A DNA stretch of 64,000 nt from the human T2T-CHM13v2.0 reference genome, Homo sapiens (GCF_009914755.1 NC_060929.1), one strand, 5' to 3'. Numbered from the stretch's first letter, positions 39,301-53,059 are shown. The notes: a model not told the origin generated them from the letters alone. A program made the numbers and translations.

Positions 39301-42300
39301 GCTAGACAGAAGAATTCCCAGTAACTTCCTTGTGTTGTGTGTGTTCAACTCACAGAGTTGAACTTTCATTTACACAGAGCAGATTTGAAACACTCTTTTT
39401 GTGGAATTTGCAAGTGGAGATTTCAAGCGCTTTGAGGCCAAAGGCAGAAAAGGAAATATCTTCGTATAAAAACTAGACAGAATCATTCTCAGAAACTGCT
39501 CTGCGATGTGTGCGTTCAACTCTCAGAGTTTAACTTTTCTTTTCATTCAGCAGTTTGGAAACACTCTGTTTGTAAAGTCTGCACGTGGATATTTTGACCA
39601 CTTAGAGGCCTTCGTTGGAAACGGGTTTTTTTCCTGTAAGGCTAGACAGAAGAATTCCCAGTAACTTCCTTGTGTTGTGTACATTCAACTCACAGAGTTG
39701 AACGTTCCCTTAGACAGAGCAGATTTGAAACACTCTTTTTGTGCAATTGGCAAGTGGAGATTTCAAGCGCTTTGAGGTCAATGGCAGAAAAGGAAATATC
39801 TTCGTTTCAAAACTAGACAGAATCATTCCCACAAACTGCGTTGTGATGTGTTCGTTCAACTCACAGAGTTTAACCTTTCTTTTCATAGAGCAGTTAGGAA
39901 ACAGTCTGTTTGAAAATTCTGTAAGTGGATATTCTGACATCTTGTGGCCTTCGTTGGAAACGGGATTTCTTCATATTCTGCTAGACAGAAGAATTCTCAG
40001 AATCTTCCTTGTGTTGTGTGTATTCAACTCACAGAGTTGAACGATGGTTTACACAGAGCAGATTTGAAACACTCATTTGGTGGAATTTGCAAGTGGAGAT
40101 TTCAGCCGCTTTGAGGTCAATGGTAGAAAAGGAAATATCTTCGTATAACAACTAGACAGAATGATTCTCAGAAACTTCTTTGTGATGTGTGTGTTCAACT
40201 CACAGAGTTTAACCTTTCTTTTCATAGAGCTGTTAGGAAACACTGTGTTTTTAAACTCTGCAAGTGGATATTCAGACCTCTTTGAGGCCTTCGTTGGAAA
40301 CGGGTTTCTTCATACTGTGCTAGACAGAAGAATTCTCAGTAACTTCCTTGTGTTGTGTGTATTCAACTCACAGAGTTGAACGATCCTTTACACAGAGCAG
40401 ACTTGAAACACTCTTTTTGTGGAATTTGCAAGTGGAGATTTCAGCCGCGTTGAGGTCAATGGTAGAAAAGGAAATATCTTCGTATAAAAACTAGACAGAA
40501 TGATTCTCAGAAACTCCTTTGTGATGTGTGTGTTCAACTCACAGAGTTTAACATTTCTTTTCATAGAGCAGTTAGGAAACACTCTGTTTGTAAAGTCTGC
40601 AAGTGGATATTCAGACCTCTTTGAGGCCTTCGTTGGAAACGGGTTTTTTTCATATAAGGCTAGACAGAAGAATTCCCAGTAACTTCCTTGTGTTGTGTGT
40701 GTTCAACTCACAGAGTTGAACTTTCATTTACACAGAGCAGATTTGAAACACTCTTTTTGTGGAATTTGCAAATGGAGATTTCAAGCGCTTTGAGGCCAAA
40801 GGCAGAAAAGGAAATATCTTCGTATAAAAACTAGACAGAATGATTCTCAGAAACTGCTCTGCGATGTGTGCGTTCAACTCTCAGAGTTTAACTTTTCTTT
40901 TCATTCAGCAGTTTGGAAACACTCTGTTTGTAAAGTCTGCACGTGGATAATTTGACCACTTAGAGGCCTTCGTTGGAAACGGGTTTTTTTCATGTAAGGC
41001 TAGACAGAAGAATTCTCAGTAACTTCCTTGTGTTGTGTGTATTCAACTCACAGAGTTGAACGATCCTTTACACAGAGCAGACTTGTAACACTCTTTTTGT
41101 GGAATTTGCAAGTGGAGATTTCAGCCGCTTTGAAGTCAAAGGTAGAAAAGGAAATATCTTCCTATAAAAACTAGACAGAATGATTCTCAGAAACTCCTTT
41201 GTGATGTGTACGTTCAACTCACAGAGTTTAACCTTTCTTTTCATAGAGCAGTTAGGAAACACTCTGTTTGTAAAGTCTGCAAGTGGATATTCAGACCCCT
41301 TTGAGGCCTTCGTTGGAAACGGGTTTTTTTCATATAAGGCTAGACAGAAGGATTCCCAGTAACTTCCTTGTGTTGTGTGTGTTCAACTCACAGAGTTGAA
41401 CTTTCTTTTACAAAGAGCAGATTTGAAACACTCTTTTTGCGGAATTTGCAAGTGGAGATTTCAAGCGCTTTGAGGCCAAAGGCAGAAAAGGAAATATCTT
41501 CGTATAAAAACTAGACAGAATCATTCTCAGAAACTGCTCTGCGATGTGTGCGTTCAACTCTCAGAGTTTAACTTTTCTTTTCATTCAGCAGTTTGGAAAC
41601 ACTCTGTTTGTAACGTCTGCACGTGGATAATTTGACCACTTAGAGGCCTTCGTTGGAAACGGGTTTTTTTCATGTAAGGCTAGACAGAAGAATTCTCAGT
41701 AACTTCCTTGTGTTGTGTGTATTCAACTCACAGAGTTGAACGATCCTTTACACAGAGCAGACTTGTAACACTCTTTTTGTGGAATTTGCAAGTGGAGATT
41801 TCAGCCGCTTTGAAGTCAAATGTAGAAAAGGAAATATCTTCCTATAAAAACTAGACAGAATGATTCTCAGAAACTCCTTTGTGATGTGTGCGTTCAACTC
41901 ACAGAGTTTAACCTTTCTTTTCATAGAGCAGTTAGGAAACACTCTGTTTGTAAAGTCTGCAAGTGGATATTCAGACCTCTTTGAGGCCTTCGTTGGAAAC
42001 GGGTTTTTTTCATATAAGGCTAGACAGAAGAATTCCCAGTAACTTCCTTGTGTTGTGTGTGTTCAACTCACAGAGTTGAACTTTCATTTACACAGAGCAG
42101 ATTTGAAACACTCTTTTTGTGGAATTTGCAAGTGGAGATTTCAAGCGCTTTGAGGCCAAAGGCAGAAAAGGAAATATCTTCGTATAAAAACTAGACAGAA
42201 TCATTCTCAGAAACTGCTCTGTGATGTGTGCGTTCAACTCTCAGAGTTTAACTTTTCTTTTCATTCAGCAGTTTGGAAACACTCTGTTTCTAAAGTCTGC

Positions 42301-43245
42301 ACGTGGATAATTTGACCACTTAGAGGCCTTCGTTGGAAACGGGTTTTTTTCATGTAAGGCTAGACAGAAGAGTTCTCAGTAACTTCCTTGTGTTGTGTGT
42401 ATTCAACTCACACAGTTGAACGATCCTTTACAGAGAGCAGACTTGTAACACTCTTTTTGTGGAATTTGCAAGTGGAGATTTCAGCCGCTTTGAAGTCAAA
42501 GTAGAAAAGGAAATATCTTCCTATAAAAACTAGACAGAATGATTCTCAGAAACTCCTTTGTGATGTGTGCGTTCAACTCACAGAGTTTAACCTTTCTTTT
42601 CATAGAGCAGTTAGGAAACACTCTGTTTGTAAAGTCTGCAAGTGGATATTCAGACCTCTTTGAGGCCTTCGTTGGAAAGGGGTTTTTTTCATATAAGGCT
42701 AGACAGAAGAATTCCCAGTAACTTCCTTGTGTTGTGTGTGTTCAACTCACAGAGTTGAACTTTCATTTACACAGAGCAGATTTGAAACACTCTTTTTGTG
42801 GAATTTGCAGGTGGAGATTTCAAGCGCTTTGAGGCCAAAGGCAGAAAAGGAAATATCTTCGTATAAAAACTAGACAGAATCATTCTCAGAAACTGCTCTG
42901 CGATGTGTGCGTTCAACTCTCAGAGTTTAACTTTTCTTTTCATTCAGCAGTTTGGAAACACTCTGTTTGTAAAGTCTGCACGTGGATAATTTGACCACTT
43001 AGAGGCCTTCGTTGGAAACGGGTTTTTTTCATGTAAGGCTAGACAGAAGAATTCTCAGTAACTTCCTTGTGTTGTGTGTATTCAACTCACAGAGTTGAAC
43101 GATCCTTTACACAGAGCAGACTTGTAACACTCTTTTTGTGGAATTTGCAAGTGGAGATTTCAGCCGCTTTGAAGTCAAAGGTAGAAAAGGAAATATCTTC
43201 CTATAAAAACTAGACAGAATGATTCTCAGAAACTCCTTTGTGATG
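33319..43245 (+). repeat. Near-perfect tandem duplication, period 4757 bp (28 monomers)
   Basis: Rare variants pair at exactly 4757 bp: gagTagtt (33774/38531), gggtttCttt (~34192/38949), agcTgtt (~35474/40231), gaccCctt (~36542/41299), tgCggaa (36683/41440), and a broken CENP-B box (37910/42667). Confidence 0.95.
34895..39651 (+). repeat. Longest HOR variant, 28-mer (4757 bp), with five extra e-C-d-D tetramers
   Basis: Markers 34984 and 39741 are 4757 bp apart, with no a/A dimer between them and 680-bp internal periodicity. Confidence 0.9.
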
Positions 43246-46200
43246 TGTGCGTTCAACTCACAGAGTTTAACCTTTCTTTTAATAGAGCAGTTAGGAAACA
43301 CTCTGCTTGTAAAGTCTGCAAGTGGATATTCAGCCCTCTTTGAGGCCTTCGTTGGAAACGGGTTTTTTTCATATAAGGCTAGACAGAAGAATTCCCAGTA
43401 ACTTCCTTGTGTTGTGTGTGTTCAACTCACAGAGTTGAACTTTGATTTACACAGAGCAGATTTGAAACACTCTTTTTGTGGAATTTGCAAGTGGAGATTT
43501 CAAGCGCTTTGAGGCCAAAGGCAGAAAAGGAAATATCTTCGTATAAAAACTAGACAGAATCATTCTCAGAAACTGCTCTGCGATGTGTGCGTTCAACTCT
43601 CAGAGTTTAACTTTTCTTTTCATTCAGCAGTTTGGAAACACTCTGTTTGTAAACTCTGCACGTGGATATTTTGACCACTTAGAGGCCTTCGTTGGAAACG
43701 GGTTTTTTTCCTGTAAGGCTAGACAGAAGAATTCCCAGTAACTTCCTTGTGTTGTGTACATTCAACTCACAGAGTTGAACGTTCCCTTAGACAGAGCAGA
43801 TTTGAAACACTCTTTTTCTGCAATTGGCAAGTGGAGATTTCAAGCGCTTTGAGGTCAATGGCAGAAAAGGAAATATCTTCGTTTCAAAACTAGACAGAAT
43901 CATTCCCACAAACTGCGTTGTGATGTGTTCGTTCAACTCACAGAGTTTAACCTTTCTTTTCATAGAGCAGTTAGGAAACAGTCTGTTTGAAAATTCTGTA
44001 AGTGGATATTCTGACATCTTGTGGCCTTCGTTGGAAACGGGATTTCTTCATATTCTGCTAGACAGAAGAATTCTCAGAATCTTCCTTGTGTTGTGTGTAT
44101 TCAACTCACAGAGTTGAACGATAGTTTACACAGAGCAGATTTGAAACACTCATTTGGTGGAATTTGCAAGTGGAGATTTCAGCCGCTTTGAGGTAAATGG
44201 TAGAAAAGGAAATATCTTCGTATAACAACTAGACAGAATGATTCTCAGAAACTTCTTTGTGATGTGTGTGTTCAACTCACAGTGTTTAACCTTTCTTTTC
44301 ATAGAGCAGTTAGGAAACACTGTGTTTTTAAACTCTGCAAGTGGATATTCAGACCTCTTTGAGGCCTTCGTTGGAAACGGGTTTCTTCATACTGTGCTAG
44401 ACAGAAGAATTCTCAGTAACTTCCTTGTGTTGTGTGTATTCAACTCACAGAGTTGAACGATCCTTTACACAGAGCAGACTTGAAACACTCTTTTTGTGGA
44501 ATTTGCAAGTGGAGATTTCAGCCGCGTTGAGGTCAATGGTAGAAAAGGAAATATCTTCGTATAAAAACTAGACAGAATGATTCTCAGAAACTCCTTTGTG
44601 ATGTGTGTGTTCAACTCACAGAGTTTAACATTTCTTTTCATAGAGCAGTTAGGAAACACTCTGTTTGTAAAGTCTGCAAGTGGATATTCAGACCTCTTTG
44701 AGGCCTTCGTTGGAAACGGGTTTTTTTCATATAAGGCTAGACAGAAGAATTCCCAGTAACTTCCTTGTGTTGTGTGTGTTCAACTCACAGAGTTGAACTT
44801 TCATTTACAAAGAGCATATTTGAAACACTCTTTTTGTGGAATTTGCAAGTGGAGATTTCAAGCGCTTTGAGGCCAAAGGCAGAAAAGGAAATATCTTCGT
44901 ATAAAAACTAGACAGAATCATTCTCAGAAACTGCTCTGCGATGTGTGCGTTCAACTCTCAGAGTTTAACTTTTCTTTTCATTCAGCAGTTTGGAAACACT
45001 CTGTTTGTAAAGTCTGCACGTGGATAATTTGACCACTTAGAGGCCTTCGTTGGAAACGGGTTTTTTTCATGTAAGGCTAGACAGAAGAATTCTCAGTAAC
45101 TTCCTTGTGTTGTGTGTATTCAACTCACAGAGTTGAACGATCCTTTACACAGAGCAGACTTGTAACACTCTTTTTGTGGAATTTGCAAGTGGAGATTTCA
45201 GCCGCTTTGAAGTCAAAGGTAGAAAAGGAAATATCTTCCTATAAAAACTAGACAGAATGATTCTCAGAAACTCCTTTGTGATGTGTGCATTCAACTCACA
45301 GAGTTTAACCTTTCTTTTCATAGAGCAGTTAGGAAACACTCTGCTTGTAAAGTCTGCAAGTGGATATTCAGCCCTCTTTGAGGCCTTCGTTGGAAACGGG
45401 TTTTTTTCATATAAGGCTAGACAGAAGAATTCCCAGTAACTTCCTTGTGTTGTGTGTGTTCAACTCACAGAGTTGAACTTTCATTTACACAGAGCAGATT
45501 TGAAACACTCTTTTTGTGGAATTTGCAAGTGGAGATTTCAAGCGCTTTGAGGCCAAAGGCAGAAAAGGAAATATCTTCGTATAAAAACTAGACAGAATCA
45601 TTCTCAGAAACTGCTCTGCGATGTGTGCGTTCAACTCTCAGAGTTTAACTTTTCTTTTCATTCAGCAGTTTGGAAACACTCTGTTTGTAAAGTCTGCACG
45701 TGGATATTTTGACCACTTAGAGGCCTTCGTTGGAAACGGGTTTTTTTCCTGTAAGGCTAGACAGAAGAATTCCCAGTAACTTCCTTGTGTTGTGTACATT
45801 CAACTCACAGAGTTGAACGTTCCCTTAGACAGAGCAGATTTGAAACACTCTTTTTGTGCAATTGGCAAGTGGAGATTTCAAGCGCTTTAAGGTCAATGGC
45901 AGAAAAGGAAATATCTTCGTTTCAAAACTAGACAGAATCATTCCCACAAAGTGCGTTGTGATGTGTTCGTTCATCTCACAGAGTTTAACCTTTCTTTTCA
46001 TAGAGCAGTTAGGAAACAGTCTGTTTGTAAATTCTGTAAGTGGATATTCTGACATCTTGTGGCCTTCGTTGGAAACGGGATTTCTTCATATTCTGCTAGA
46101 CAGAAGAATTCTCAGAATCTTCCTTGTGTTGTGTGTATTCAACTCACAGAGTTGAACGATGGTTTACACAGAGCAGATTTGAAACACTCTTTTTGTGGAA

Positions 46201-49200
46201 TTTGCAAGTGGAGATTTCAGCCGCTTTGAGGTCAATGGTAGAAAAGGAAATATCTTCGTATAAAAACTAGACAGAATGATTCTCAGAAACTTCTTTGTGA
46301 TGTGTGCGTTCAACTCACAGAGTTTAACCTTTCTTTTCATAGAGCAGTTAGGAAACACTCTGTTTGTAAACTCTGCAAGTGGATATTCAGACCTCTTTGA
46401 GGCCTTCGTTGGAAACGGGATTTCTTCATACTGTGCTAGACAGAAGAATTCTCAGTAACTTCCTTGTGTTGTGTGTATTCAACTCACAGAGTTGACCGAT
46501 CCTTTACACAGAGCAGACTTGTAACACTCTTTTTGTGGAATTTGCAAGTGGAGATTTCAGCCGCTTTGAAGTCAAAGGTAGAAAAGGGAATATCTTCCTA
46601 TAAAAACTAGACAGAATGATTCTCAGAAACTCCTTTGTGATGTGTGCGTTCAACTCACAGAGTTTAACCTTTCTTTTCATAGAGCAGTTAGGAAACACTC
46701 TGTTTGTAAAGTCTGCAAGTGGATATTCAGACCTGTTTGAGGCCTTCGTTGGAAACGGGTTTTTTTCATATAATGCTAGACAGAAGAATTCCCAGTAACT
46801 TCCTTGTGTTGTGTGTGTTCAACTCACAGAGTTGAACTTTCATTTACACAGAGCAGATTTGAAACACTCTTTTTGTGGAATTTGCAAGTGGAGATTTCAA
46901 GCGCTTTGAGGCCAAAGGCAGAAAAGGAAATATCTTCGTATAAAAACTAGACAGAATCATTCTCAGAAACTGCTCTGTGATGTGTGCGTTCAACTCTCAG
47001 AGTTTAACTTTTCTTTTCATTCAGCAGTTCGGAAACACTCTGTTTGTAAAGTCTGCACGTGGATAATTTGACCACTTAGAGGCCTTCGTTGGAAACGGGT
47101 TTTTTTCATGTAAGGCTAGACAGAAGAGTTCTCAGTAACTTCCTTGTGTTGTGTGTATTCAACTCACAGAGTTGAACGATCCTTTACAGAGAGCAGACTT
47201 GTAACACTCTTTTTGTGGAATTTGCAAGTGGAGATTTCAGCCGCTTTGAAGTCAAAGTAGAAAAGGAAATATCTTCCTATAAAAACTAGAAAGAATGATT
47301 CTCAGAAACTCCTTTGTGATGTGTGCGTTCAACTCACAGAGTTTAACCTTTCTTTTCATAGAGCAGTTAGGAAACACTCTGTTTGTAAAGTCTGCAAGTG
47401 GATATTCAGACCTCTTTGAGGCCTTCGTTGGAAACGGGTTTTTTTCATATAAGGCTAGACAGAAGAATTCCCAGTAACTTCCTTGTGTTGTGTGTGTTCA
47501 ACTCACAGAGTTGAACTTTCATTTACACAGAGCAGATTTGAAACACTCTTTTTGTGGAATTTGCAAGTGGAGATTTCAAGCGCTTTGAGGCCAAAGGCAG
47601 AAAAGGAAATATCTTCGTATAAAAACTAGACAGAATGATTCTCAGAAACTTCTTTGTGATGTGTGCGTTCAACTCACAGAGTTTAACCTTTCTTTTCATA
47701 GAGCAGTTAGGAAACACTCTGTTTGTAAACTCTGCAAGTGGATATTCAGACCTCTTTGAGGCCTTCGTTGGAAACGGGATTTCTTCATACTGTGCTAGAC
47801 AGAAGAATTCTCAGTAACTTCCTTGTGTTGTGTGTATTCAACTCACAGAGTTGAACGATCCTTTACACAGAGCAGACTTGTAACACTCTTTTTGTGGAAT
47901 TTGCAAGTGGAGATTTCAGCCGCTTTGAAGTCAAAGGTAGAAAAGGAAATATCTTCCTATAAAAACTAGACAGAATGATTCTCAGAAACTCCTTTGTGAT
48001 GTGTGCGTTCAACTCACAGAGTTTAACCTTTCTTTTCATAGAGCAGTTAGGAAACACTCTGCTTGTAAAGTCTGCAAGTGGATATTCAGCCCTCTTTGAG
48101 GCCTTCGTTGGAAACGGGTTTTTTTCATATAAGGCTAGACAGAAGAATTCCCAGTAACTTCCTTGTGTTGTGTGTGTTCAACTCACAGAGTTGAACTTTG
48201 ATTTACACAGAGCAGATTTGAAACACTCTTTTTGTGGAATTTGCAAGTGGAGATTTCAAGCGCTTTGAGGCCAAAGGCAGAAAAGGAAATATCTTCGTAT
48301 AAAAACTAGACAGAATCATTCTCAGAAACTGCTCTGCGATGTGTGCGTTCAACTCTCAGAGTTTAACTTTTCTTTTCATTCAGCAGTTTGGAAACACTCT
48401 GTTTGTAAAGTCTGCACGTGGATATTTTGACCACTTAGAGGCCTTCGTTGGAAACGGGTTTTTTTCCTGTAAGGCTAGACAGAAGAATTCCCAGTAACTT
48501 CCTTGTGTTGTGTACATTCAACTCACAGAGTTGAACGTTCCCTTAGACAGAGCAGATTTGAAACACTCTTTTTGTGCAATTGGCAAGTGGAGATTTCAAG
48601 CGCTTTGAGGTCAATGGCAGAAAAGGAAATATCTTCGTTTCAAAACTAGACAGAATCATTCCCACAAACTGCGTTGTGATGTGTTCGTTCAACTCACAGA
48701 GTTTAACCTTTCTTTTCATAGAGCAGTTAGGAAACAGTCTGTTTGAAAATTCTGTAAGTGGATATTCTGACATCTTGTGGCCTTCGTTGGAAACGGGATT
48801 TCTTTATATTCAGCTAGACAGAAGAATTCTCAGAATCTTCCTTGTGTTGTGTGTATTCAACTCACAGAGTTGAACGATGGTTTACACAGAGCAGATTTGA
48901 AACACTCATTTGGTGGAATTTGCAAGTGGAGATTTCAGCCGCTTTGAGGTCAATGGTAGAAAAGGAAATATCTTCGTATAACAACTAGACAGAATGATTC
49001 TCAGAAACTTCTTTGTGATGTGTGTGTTCAACTCACAGAGTTTAACCTTTCTTTTCATAGAGCAGTTAGGAAACACTGTGTTTTTAAACTCTGCAAGTGG
49101 ATATTCAGACCTCTTTGAGGCCTTCGTTGGAAACGGGTTTCTTCATACTGTGCTAGACAGAAGAATTCTCAGTAACTTCCTTGTGTTGTGTGTATTCAAC

Positions 49201-52200
49201 TCACAGAGTTGAACGATCCTTTACACAGAGCAGACTTGAAACACTCTTTTTGTGGAATTTGCAAGTGGAGATTTCAGCCGCGTTGAGGTCAATGGTAGAA
49301 AAGGAAATATCTTCGTATAAAAACTAGACAGAATGATTCTCAGAAACTCCTTTGTGATGTGTGTGTTCAACTCACAGAGTTTAACATTTCTTTTCATAGA
49401 GCAGTTAGGAAACACTCTGTTTGTAAAGTCTGCAAGTGGATATTCAGACCTCTTTGAGGCCTTCGTTGGAAACGGGTTTTTTTCATATAAGGCTAGACAG
49501 AAGAATTCCCAGTAACTTCCTTGTGTTGTGTGTGTTCAACTCACAGAGTTGAACTTTCATTTACACAGAGCAGATTTGAAACACTCTTTTTGTGGAATTT
49601 GCAAATGGAGATTTCAAGCGCTTTGAGGCCAAAGGCAGAAAAGGAAATATCTTCGTATAAAAACTAGACAGAATCATTCTCAGAAACTGCTCTGCGATGT
49701 GTGCGTTCAACTCTCAGAGTTTAACTTTTCTTTTCATTCAGCAGTTTGGAAACACTCTGTTTGTAAAGTCTGCACGTGGATAATTTGACCACTTAGAGGC
49801 CTTCGTTGGAAACGGGTTTTTTTCATGTAAGGCTAGACAGAAGAATTCTCAGTAACTTCCTTGTGTTGTGTGTATTCAACTCACAGAGTTGAACGATCCT
49901 TTACACAGAGCAGACTTGTAACACTCTTTTTGTGGAATTTGCAAGTGGAGATTTCAGCCGCTTTGAAGTCAAAGGTAGAAAAGGAAATATCTTCCTATAA
50001 AAACTAGACAGAATGATTCTCAGAAACTCCTTTGTGATGTGTACGTTCAACTCACAGAGTTTAACCTTTCTTTTCATAGAGCAGTTAGGAAACACTCTGT
50101 TTGTAAAGTCTGCAAGTGGATATTGAGACCTCTTTGAGGCGTTCGTTGGAAACGGGTTTTTTTCATATAAGGCTAGACAGAAGGATTCCCAGTAACTTCC
50201 TTGTGTTGTGTGTGTTCAACTCACAGAGTTGAACTTTCATTTACAAAGAGCAGATTTGAAACACTCTTTTTGTGCAATTTGCAAGTGGAGATTTCAAGCG
50301 CTTTGAGGCCAAAGGCAGAAAAGGAAATATCTTCGTATAAAAACTAGACAGAATCATTCTCAGAAACTGCTCTGCGATGTGTGCGTTCAACTCTCAGAGT
50401 TTAACTTTTCTTTTCATTCAGCAGTTTGGAAACACTCTGTTTGTAACGTCTGCACGTGAATAATTTGACCACTTAGAGGCCTTCGTTGGAAACGGGTTTT
50501 TTTCATGTAAGGCTAGACAGAAGAATTCTCAGTAACTTCCTTGTGTTGTGTGTATTCAACTCACAGAGTTGAACGATCCTTTACACAGAGCAGACTTGTA
50601 ACACTCTTTTTGTGGAATTTGCAAGTGGAGATTTCAGCCGCTTTGAAGTCAAAGGTAGAAAAGGAAATATCTTCCTATAAAAACTAGACAGAATGATTCT
50701 CAGAAACTCCTTTGTGATGTGTGCGTTCAACTCACAGAGTTTAACCTTTCTTTTCATAGAGCAGTTAGGAAACACTCTGCTTGTAAAGTCTGCAAGTGGA
50801 TATTCAGCCCTCTTTGAGGCCTTCGTTGGAAACGGGTTTTTTTCATATAAGGCTAGACAGAAGAATTCCCAGTAACTTCCTTGTGTTGTGTGTGTTCAAC
50901 TCACAGAGTTGAACTTTGATTTACACAGAGCAGATTTGAAACACTCTTTTTGTGGAATTTGCAAGTGGAGATTTCAAGCGCTTTGAGGCCAAAGGCAGAA
51001 AAGGAAATATCTTCGTATAAAAACTAGACAGAATCATTCTCAGAAACTGCTCTGCGATGTGTGCGTTCAACTCTCAGAGTTTAACTTTTCTTTTCATTCA
51101 GCAGTTTGGAAACACTCTGTTTGTAAAGTCTGCACGTGGATATTTTGACCACTTAGAGGCCTTCGTTGGAAACGGGTTTTTTTCCTGTAAGGCTAGACAG
51201 AAGAATTCCCAGTAACTTCCTTGTGTTGTGTACATTCAACTCACAGAGTTGAACGTTCCCTTAGACAGAGCAGATTTGAAACACTCTTTTTGTGCAATTG
51301 GCAAGTGGAGATTTCAAGCGCTTTGAGGTCAATGGCAGAAAAGGAAATATCTTCGTTTCAAAACTAGACAGAATCATTCCCACAAACTGCGTTGTGATGT
51401 GTTCGTTCAACTCACAGAGTTTAAGCTTTCTTTTCATAGAGCAGTTAGGAAACAGTCTGTTTGAAAATTCTGTAAGTGGATATTCTGACATCTTGTGGCC
51501 TTCGTTGGAAACGGGATTTCTTCATATTCTGCTAGACAGAAGAATTCTCAGAATCTTCCTTGTGTTGTGTGTATTCAACTCACAGAGTTGAACGATGGTT
51601 TACACAGAGCAGATTTGAAACACTCATTTGGTGGAATTTGCAAGTGGAGATTTCAGCCGCTTTGAGGTCAATGGTAGAAAAGGAAATATCTTCGTATAAC
51701 AACTAGACAGAATGATTCTCAGAAACTTCTTTGTGATGTGTGTGTTCAACTCACAGAGTTTAAGCTTTCTTTTCATAGAGCTGTTAGGAAACACTGTGTT
51801 TTTAAACTCTGCAAGTGGATATTCAGACCTCTTTGAGGCCTTCGTTGGAAACGGGTTTCTTCATACTGTGCTAGACAGAAGAATTCTCAGTAACTTCCTT
51901 GTGTTGTGTGTATTCAACTCACAGAGTTGAACGATCCTTTACACAGAGCAGACTTGTAACACTCTTTTTCTGGAATTTGCAAGTGGAGATTTCAGCCGCT
52001 TTGAAGTCAAAGGTAGAAAAGGAAATATCTTCCTATAAAAACTAGACAGAATGATTCTCAGAAACTCCTTTGTGATGTGTGCGTTCAACTCACAGAGTTT
52101 AACCTTTCTTTTCATAGAGCAGTTAGGAAACACTCTGCTTGTAAAGTCTGCAAGTGGATATTCAGCCCTCTTTGAGGCCTTCGTTGGAAACGGGTTTTTT

Positions 52201-53059
52201 TCATATAAGGCTACACAGAAGAATTCCCAGTAACTTCCTTGTGTTGTGTGTGTTCAACTCACAGAGTTGAACTTTCATTTACACAGAGCAGATTTGAAAC
52301 ACTCTTTTTGTGGAATTTGCAAGTGGAGATTTCAAGCGCTTTGAGGCCAAAGGCAGAAAAGGAAATATCTTCGTATAAAAACTAGACAGAATCATTCTCA
52401 GAAACTGCTCTGCGATGTGTGCGTTCAACTCTCAGAGTTTAACTTTTCTTTTCATTCAGCAGTTTGGAAACACTCTGTTTGTAAAGTCTGCACGTGGATA
52501 TTTTGACCACTTAGAGGCCTTCGTTGGAAACGGGTTTTTTTCCTGTAAGGCTAGACAGAAGAATTCCCAGTAACTTCCTTGTGTTGTGTACATTCAACTC
52601 ACAGAGTTGAACGTTCCCTTAGACAGAGCAGATTTGAAACACTCTTTTTGTGCAATTGGCAAGTGGAGATTTCAAGCGCTTTAAGGTCAATGGCAGAAAA
52701 GGAAATATCTTCGTTTCAAAACTAGACAGAATCATTCCCAAAAACTGCGTTGTGATGTGTTCGTTCATCTCACAGAGTTTAACCTTTCTTTTCATAGAGC
52801 AGTTAGGAAACACTCTGTTTGTAAATTCTGTAAGTGGATATTCTGACATCTTGTGGCCTTCGTTGGAAACGGGATTTCTTCATATTCTGCTAGACAGAAG
52901 AATTCTCAGAATCTTCCTTGTGTTGTGTGTATTCAACTCACACAGTTGAACGATGGTTTACACAGAGCAGATTTGAAACACTCTTTTTGTGGAATTTGCA
53001 AGTGGAGATTTCAGCCGCTTTGAGGTCAATGGTAGAAAAGGAAATATCTTCGTATAACA

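Noticed and set aside
1222-50157. CENP-B box variants at 1222, 14809, 16844, 17524, 24661 and 50141 as loss-of-binding alleles
   Set aside because: The changes hit positions 1, 6 or 9, outside the nine core bases of nTTCGnnnnAnnCGGGn, so they were not counted as broken.
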